A model generated the notes under the pieces. It was not told the origin of the DNA and did no database searches. It was given only the letters and a program-made list of their open reading frames with translations. The translations under genes and the position numbers were made by a program. DNA of 64,000 bases from Guillardia theta CCMP2712 (taxonomy: Eukaryota > Protista > Cryptophyta): the NCBI RefSeq assembly GCF_000315625.1, contig NW_005434673.1, positions 210,270 through 274,269 on the forward strand. Direction: 5' to 3'. Positions 58,201 to 64,000 of this stretch are shown one piece after another (position 1 is the first letter of the stretch; the number at the start of each line of letters is the position of its first letter).

Positions 58201-61200
58201 GCTCCTCGCAGTGCGCCATCGCTCGCTTCTTCAGCTTCTCGTTCTCCGACAGCATGCTCCGGAGGGCCTCCTGCGTCACCTCCACCAGTTCGCAGCTCGG
58301 GCTGATCACCTCAAGGGAGCCGAAGCATGCTTCCTCGGTAAACAGAGCCGACTCACCCCACATGTGCCCCGCAGACATCTTGGAGACGGTGACCGCCTTC
58401 GTCTTACCTCCGGTCTTGCACTTCACCTCGATCTCACCAGAGAGGATGATGTACAGTGACTTTGTCATCTGCCCCTGCCGCAGCACCAGCGTTCCCTTCC
58501 TCACTCTCTTCCAGTGGGACCTCTCAGCAAGGATCCGCATCTCCTTCTTCTCCATCCACGCGAAAGGCTTCACCGCCTTCTTCCTCAGCATCTTCTCCAC
58601 GATCTCGTCGATCACGTTCTCGTCGATCGTTTGCTTCACCCGCTGAGCCGAGTGGCGGCAGAGGATGGCGAGGCAGCCCAGGTAGAGCACATCCTTCTCA
58701 TAGATCATCCGATCGTTCCTCTGTGTCAGCTCCTCCGCCAGGATGCCTCCGATGTCCATCAGTAGCAGATGGTCGATGGCGACTTGGAGCTTGTGATGCC
58801 CCCGTGTGTTGGACATGAGCACCCAGAAGGTGTTGAGGAGGAAATTCTGCACCTTCTCGACGTGCGGCCGCAGGTTCTCGGCCTCCTCGTCCTCCTCTCC
58901 GTCCAGCGGCAGGATGCTCAGCGCTCTGCTCGAACGGGAGAAGAGGGAACTCCGTCTTCCCGGCGAGCTCAGGGGGAGCTGGACGTGAAGCTGGAATCGA
59001 AGAAGGAAGTCGCCGTGCTCTGGCGGCGGAGGAGGGACCTGATCTTGCTCAGTGACAGCCGCTCGAGCTGGGAAGTGTCGGAGCTGCGAATCATCTCCAC
59101 CATCCACTTGATGCTGTTTTTCTGCTTCGCCTGCTCCACCACGAAGGAGTTCTCCGTCAGGCTGGTCACTGTGTCGATCTTGAGCTCCCTCAACGGCTCC
59201 CACACGATCCCGTCCTTGCATCCTGCTGCCGTCAGCTGGAACACGAGCTTGGCCGCTTGCTCGCTCGCCTCCTCGCAGACGGATACGATGTAGTTGCAGA
59301 GGCCGAAGAGGATCGTGTTGGTCTGCCGGTCAACGATCACTTCGTTGCCATGGAGGGTGAGAACGTTGGAGAGGACTTCGAGGGAGGAAGTCCTCACTGA
59401 CTTGCTGCTGGACTTGTACTGGGCAAGGAGCCACGAGATCCCTTCAGCCTCCACCAGCTGCTTGCAAGACTCTGCGCTGCTGCGGACCAGCTGGGCAATA
59501 GCGTCCAGGCATTCCGACTGGATGCGGAGGCTCTCGGAGTTCTTGCACAGGTCCATCACGATGCCGACGGCGCCGTAGTGAGAGAGCAAGTGACCGTCAG
59601 TGAGGGCGAGGGCAGCGATGCCAGGGGCAGTCTGCTCCCTTATCTGGGGAATGATGGACGTTGCAGCCATGTCAAACAGCTGCCCGCAGGCGGAGTGAAC
59701 TTCCTTGCTCCTGGTCGACCTCTCGCAGTGGGAAACTTGATCAGGCTCCTTGTTCTTCATTTTCTCCATCTGAGTGTGAACGACATCCCAATTCTTCTTG
59801 GACCGCTCGTGGATCGTGTTTCTCTTGACCACCCTCTGCCTTGGCTCCCTGGGGATGAGCTCCAAGTAGTTCCTCCTCCTCCCGGACTGCACCACCCCGT
59901 GCTTCCTCTTCAGCCTCTCGGTCATGATAGCCACCAGCTTCTCCACACAGGCCTTGAGCAGCGCTTGATCCAGCCCCTTCCCTTGATCGACGTCATGAAA
60001 GACGTCCGTCGCTTCGCTCTTAGAGATCTTTCCCAAGGGGCAGTCCGCAGCAGAAACATCCTCCTTGGGTGGGTTCATGACGCCCGCACAAACAAGAAGG
60101 CCAAGGAACTCGTTCAGGTCAAGGAGACCGTCGGTAAGGGAGGAAAAGTCAGTCTTGATGAAGATAGAGTTCCGAACTGACTTATCCTTGAACTGGTAAA
60201 ACAGCAACATCGTGCTCTGCTTGAAGTGCTGGATCCATCTCTCCACCCTCGGCACATACTTGGGTCCAACCTCCTTGACCTCCTCCAATTCCTCCCCTTT
60301 CTCAGCCTCTCTCTCCACTAGGTTGATCATGATCACTCCATTTGCAAGCGGGTCTGCGTACCCACTGGAAGCTGATCGATACTTGTCGAGGTTCTTCTCG
60401 AAACAGCCGTTGGGACCTTCACAGCCGGCGATGATCTCCCCGATCGTCACCTCCAGCAGCCCAATCACGTTGTCTTCGCCGAAAGGAGCCTCCCTGCCGA
60501 AGGGATCGGGGTCGTCGTACACATAGAACGTGAGCTTCTCCTGGTAGTAGGAGGTCTTGGCCTTGGGGTTGAGGAACAAGGTCGAGATCTCAAAGCGAAT
60601 CTTCCTGGTGAAACGAGGAGCAGTGTTGTTCGGTAGCCTCTCCGTTGGGTAGTGCTGCCGCGGGAGTAAGCTTTAAGGAGAGGGCGTGTAAACAAAGAGA
60701 AAGATAAAGAAAGAATGGAAGAAGGGAGAGGGAGAGGGAGAGGGAGAGGGAGAGGGAGAGGGAGAGGGAGAGGGAGAGGGAGAGGGAGAGGGAAAGAGCG
60801 ATGAGGACCTCGATCCACTTCTCGCCAGTCTTCGATACTCCACTGCGAACGAGGATACACCTAGGATCGACGTCTCTGTTGGTCCTTCGCGGAAGATACT
60901 TGCAAGAGATCTTTGTCGGTCGCAACAAAGAAATGATCAGATCGAGCAGAGCAGGCGCAAAGGGACGGAAGCACCTGGAGCTCAAAGACCTTGCGAGTGA
61001 AGAGATCCATGTCCTTTGACGAGGCCAACCCTGCTCGCGCCAGATGTGCGTCGAACGGAACGACGATGTGGGAGAAGTCAAAGAATCCGCGCATGGCATC
61101 GCCAAAGAGCATGTCGTTCTTGACGATACGATCCCTCTCCTGTTCGGAGAGCTTGTTCAGATTGAGCGGGAACTTCGAGGTGCTCGAAGTGTATTGATCG

Positions 61201-62538
61201 TGGAGGGATGCTCTACGACGAAATTTGTTGATGTTTCCCTTCAACCATGCACTGAAGAGGTTGTACTTCTCGTCCAATGGAAGGTCCTCTGTCTCCTTGT
61301 TCTCTGAGATCAGCTCCGACTGGTTTGCTCCAATAAGATCGCAGAACTCATCGAACGACACCTAGCAGAATCCTTATAAGATGCCGTTTCAAGTTAGAGA
61401 AAGATAGCCTCCGACCTGTCCGTTTCCATCCAGGTCCGCGGCTAAAGTAACAAGGGAGCACATAGAGTCAGTTGGAATGGAGAGAGCACCCTCCAGGTAC
61501 CTCGCATGATCCTCCTAACTTGTACTTCGTTGACGTTGGGCAGGTAGAACTGGATAGCCTTCTGTAGCTCGTTCATGTCGATGAAGTCTGAGGAAGGAAG
61601 TTACGATCATCTAGAGTTCATCCAGGGCTGCGATCATGCGCAGCGAGAGCACTCACTCGATTGATCGATGTCAAAGTGGTCAAAAGCGGCCCGCGCCTTG
61701 ATGAGCGGGTCGGACTTGATGGCTCCTTGCTGCACCATGAGAGCAACGAACTCGGAGAACCCGATCTCTCCTCCACCGTCCTTGTCCACCTCCTTGACTA
61801 TTGCCTCGAGCTCCGTCATGTTCAACTTGACTCCACAGGATTCGAACACCTGTTCAGGAGGTGAGAACATGACTGCTGCATTGACGGTGACAACTTGACA
61901 AGTTACCTTGTTGAGCTCCAACACGCTGATGTTGCCTGATCCATCCTGATCGAAGACCGAGAAAGCCTTCCTCATCTCTCCTACATCCTCAACGTGCAAG
62001 CCATACATGCTTCCCAACTTCTCGTCTGAAAAGTTGTCCGGGTCGGCATGCCTCAAGTGCGGGTTCACGAAACTTCCTTCGCTTGGTTGTGTGGAGACCT
62101 TGCTTTCTCGCTCGTCAGCCTCTGAATGTCGCGGACTCCAGGCTCCGTGAAAATATTCTTCCTGTTTCTCCTCCTCCTCTCCATCACCATCGTCATCATC
62201 ATCAGGGATGTAGGGTTCATCATCGTCCTCATTTTCTTCTGAGTTGGGAACGCTGTGCTCTTCTAGCGTTCGTTCTTCCACTTGATTCTCCTGACTGTGT
62301 TGTTCTTGCATCATCCGCAAGATCGCCAAGTCATCCTGAGCCAACCCTCCTGACCGCATTTTCTCCCTTGTTGCTGGTGGAAGAACAAAAGTTGCAGGAC
62401 CGACCTGGAGGTCAACCCCGGACACCAGCTACTGGTACCGCCACGACCGACTTGAAGGGACTTCAGCTACTGACTGGTTCTCCTGCTCTCTCCTCCATCT
62501 TCGCGCTCCCCTTCTCCTCCTTCTCCCCCCGCCCTCCG
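55231..62538 (-). CDS. Giant calcium/cyclic-nucleotide sensor-like protein: EF-hands + C2 + ARM repeats + cNMP-binding + IQ
   Basis: DQDGSGNISVLEL, DKDGGGEIGFSEF; C2 (KLTFYVYDDPD...IGLLEVTIGEII); ARM-like helices; cNMP (VLRQGQ...LYIILSGEIEV...WGESAL); IQ-like AAITMQRMLRR. The 536-aa and 1208-aa ORFs join through a ~58-nt intron at ~58927-58984. Confidence 0.85.
60723..60792. repeat. (GGGAGA)n intronic microsatellite
   Basis: Direct reading. Confidence 0.95.
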
Positions 62539-62717
62539 CCTTCCTTGCCCTCGGGCATACCGTACGCCGTTGGGGGTTGACAAGGGTAGGGGTGGGGTGG
62601 ACCAAGTCAATCGGACGGGTGGGGTTCGGTACCTAATCTGTTGGTGACCACCTCCCCCCTCAGCTCCAAGTTGATCAATTGCCAACCATGATTGCCAACA
62701 GAATTGCCAACCTGAGT

Positions 62718-62755
62718 CTTTACTCAAAGTTAAGTTAAAAATCAGTACGAGGACA
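62718..62755. repeat. Dispersed conserved motif, copy 2
   Basis: Matches 7322-7358 with one extra A. Confidence 0.92.
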
Positions 62756-62919
62756 CTTGCTGCGAACCCTGCGCCTTTTACTCTGCGCCATGTTGCGCTG
62801 AAGGGAAGGAGGGGAGGGAGAGCGAGTCGGGAGGAGAGGAGAGATGGGGAAAAGAAGAGGGAAGATGGGAACGAACAGAGAGAAGAGGTCTCGGTACCGA
62901 GGTCAAGACCTTGCGCAGC

Positions 62920-64000
62920 ATGGCAAGGCTGACAGGAACGACACCGCTCAGCAAAAGGGCAGGTCAGGGCTCTGGCTCCTTGGGGCAGCCCAGCGGTCCT
63001 TGGGCATCAGGATCCAAGGGGAGGAGCAGAGCAACAGGAGGACTCTCGGAGCAGCGAAGTACAGTGAGTCGTCATACATGCTGTTTGAGAGGGTTGGTTG
63101 ACAAGGCCCATGTAAGGACTGACTTCCTTCCTGTCCATTGAGACCCTGTGGCTCTGGGTCATGGGGTTGTCAGCGGAGAGTTTTGCAAACACCTTTGCCG
63201 TTATCTTGATGGAGCCCTTGGCTTTCGTCTCTACATTCTTGCACGATGTGATTGCTCCTCTCATCTGGTTGTGCGATTGCTGATCTTGTCACGAGGCAGA
63301 CCGATCACACGGTCACCATACTCAATCTGACCGGCTCTGCACTCGAGGAATGTGCGTGTGGACTCGACATGCTTCTCCTGATGGGTTCGATGACCAGGGT
63401 GCAATCATATGGTTTGCGGAGAACAAAGTTGAGTTCAAGAACCCCCCTCTCCTGCTCGTGATTCGTTCAGGGTTGACCCAACATGAAAATAAGCAAGTAC
63501 AAGTCTCGTTCACCCGAGCGACAGGTTCTGTTCTGTGTGGACTTCTCTGGCAGCTGTGGTGGTAAATCAGACACGCTGGTGTGATTCATGATGTGATCGA
63601 GGTCTCTGCTATGACAGGAGCAAGCTGCTCGTTCCGACCTTACATTCGAGCATGGGATGAGGTGACCATTGATAAGCTGTGGCAGAAGTCGAAATGAGAT
63701 GAGAGATAGATACATCTCTTTCATGTTGGCTCTTGGCGTGCTTTTCAACATCCTTGGAAGGCAGTTTGCTTCATTGATACTTGCACCACTCTTGGAATCT
63801 CATGACATGATTCGTCGCAACGGGAAAAGGGTAGATGAAGCGTTTGCAGCGGCAGGAGCCTAAGACATAGCTTGCCTCACAGATCGTGGACTTGAGTGAG
63901 ACAGTCTGGGACGACCTCCTCTTTTACGCGTGCTTATCAATTGTACTGCTGTGAACCCGAGATATCCTATGCTGATGACCCGCAACTTGCAGATGCTTGC
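62920..64000 (+). CDS. Multi-exon hypothetical protein, probably truncated by the window end
   Basis: ATG at 62920 followed by short exons between ~50-nt GT-AG introns. Confidence 0.4.

Noticed and set aside
58927-58984. Apparent frameshift between the 536-aa and 1208-aa ORFs
   Set aside because: Explained by an ordinary ~58-nt GT-AG intron.
62772-62782. CGCCTTTTACT resembles U5 snRNA loop 1
   Set aside because: Flanks do not form the closing stem and there is no downstream Sm site.

Overview
Gene-dense eukaryotic nuclear DNA with about 20 genes, short (~45-60 nt) GT-AG introns with CTGAC/CTAAC branch points, abundant microsatellites and three N gaps. Bipartite signal+transit peptides (some with Phe at +1) indicate an alga with a complex red plastid, most consistent with a cryptophyte such as Guillardia theta (inference). 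Recognisable genes: SHAQKYF-type MYB factor, NiCoT/UreH-type Ni/Co permease, plastid OPR-RAP RNA-binding protein, UVR+SnoaL protein, DEAD-box helicase, signal-peptide AP2/Zn-finger protein, SR-like RRM/RGG protein, EXD1-like exonuclease-KH fusion, syntaxin, TRAPP-like protein, GH5 endoglycoceramidase, PDZ protein, CSN3 and a giant EF-hand/C2/ARM/cNMP/IQ protein. The most interesting unexplained signals are: (1) a 37-38 bp sequence (CTTTACTCAAAGTTAAGTTAAAA(A)TCAGTACGAGGACA) found twice, 55 kb apart, in divergent-promoter intervals; (2) a recurring two-module intergenic grammar of CCGG/GGCC-rich islands sharing short motifs, paired with GGGT/ACCC-rich patches; (3) two signal-peptide proteins carrying a ubiquitin-C-terminus-like RGG motif, one of them an AP2 factor and so a candidate host-encoded regulator imported to the periplastid compartment/nucleomorph. 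Multi-exon gene boundaries were read by eye and are approximate.
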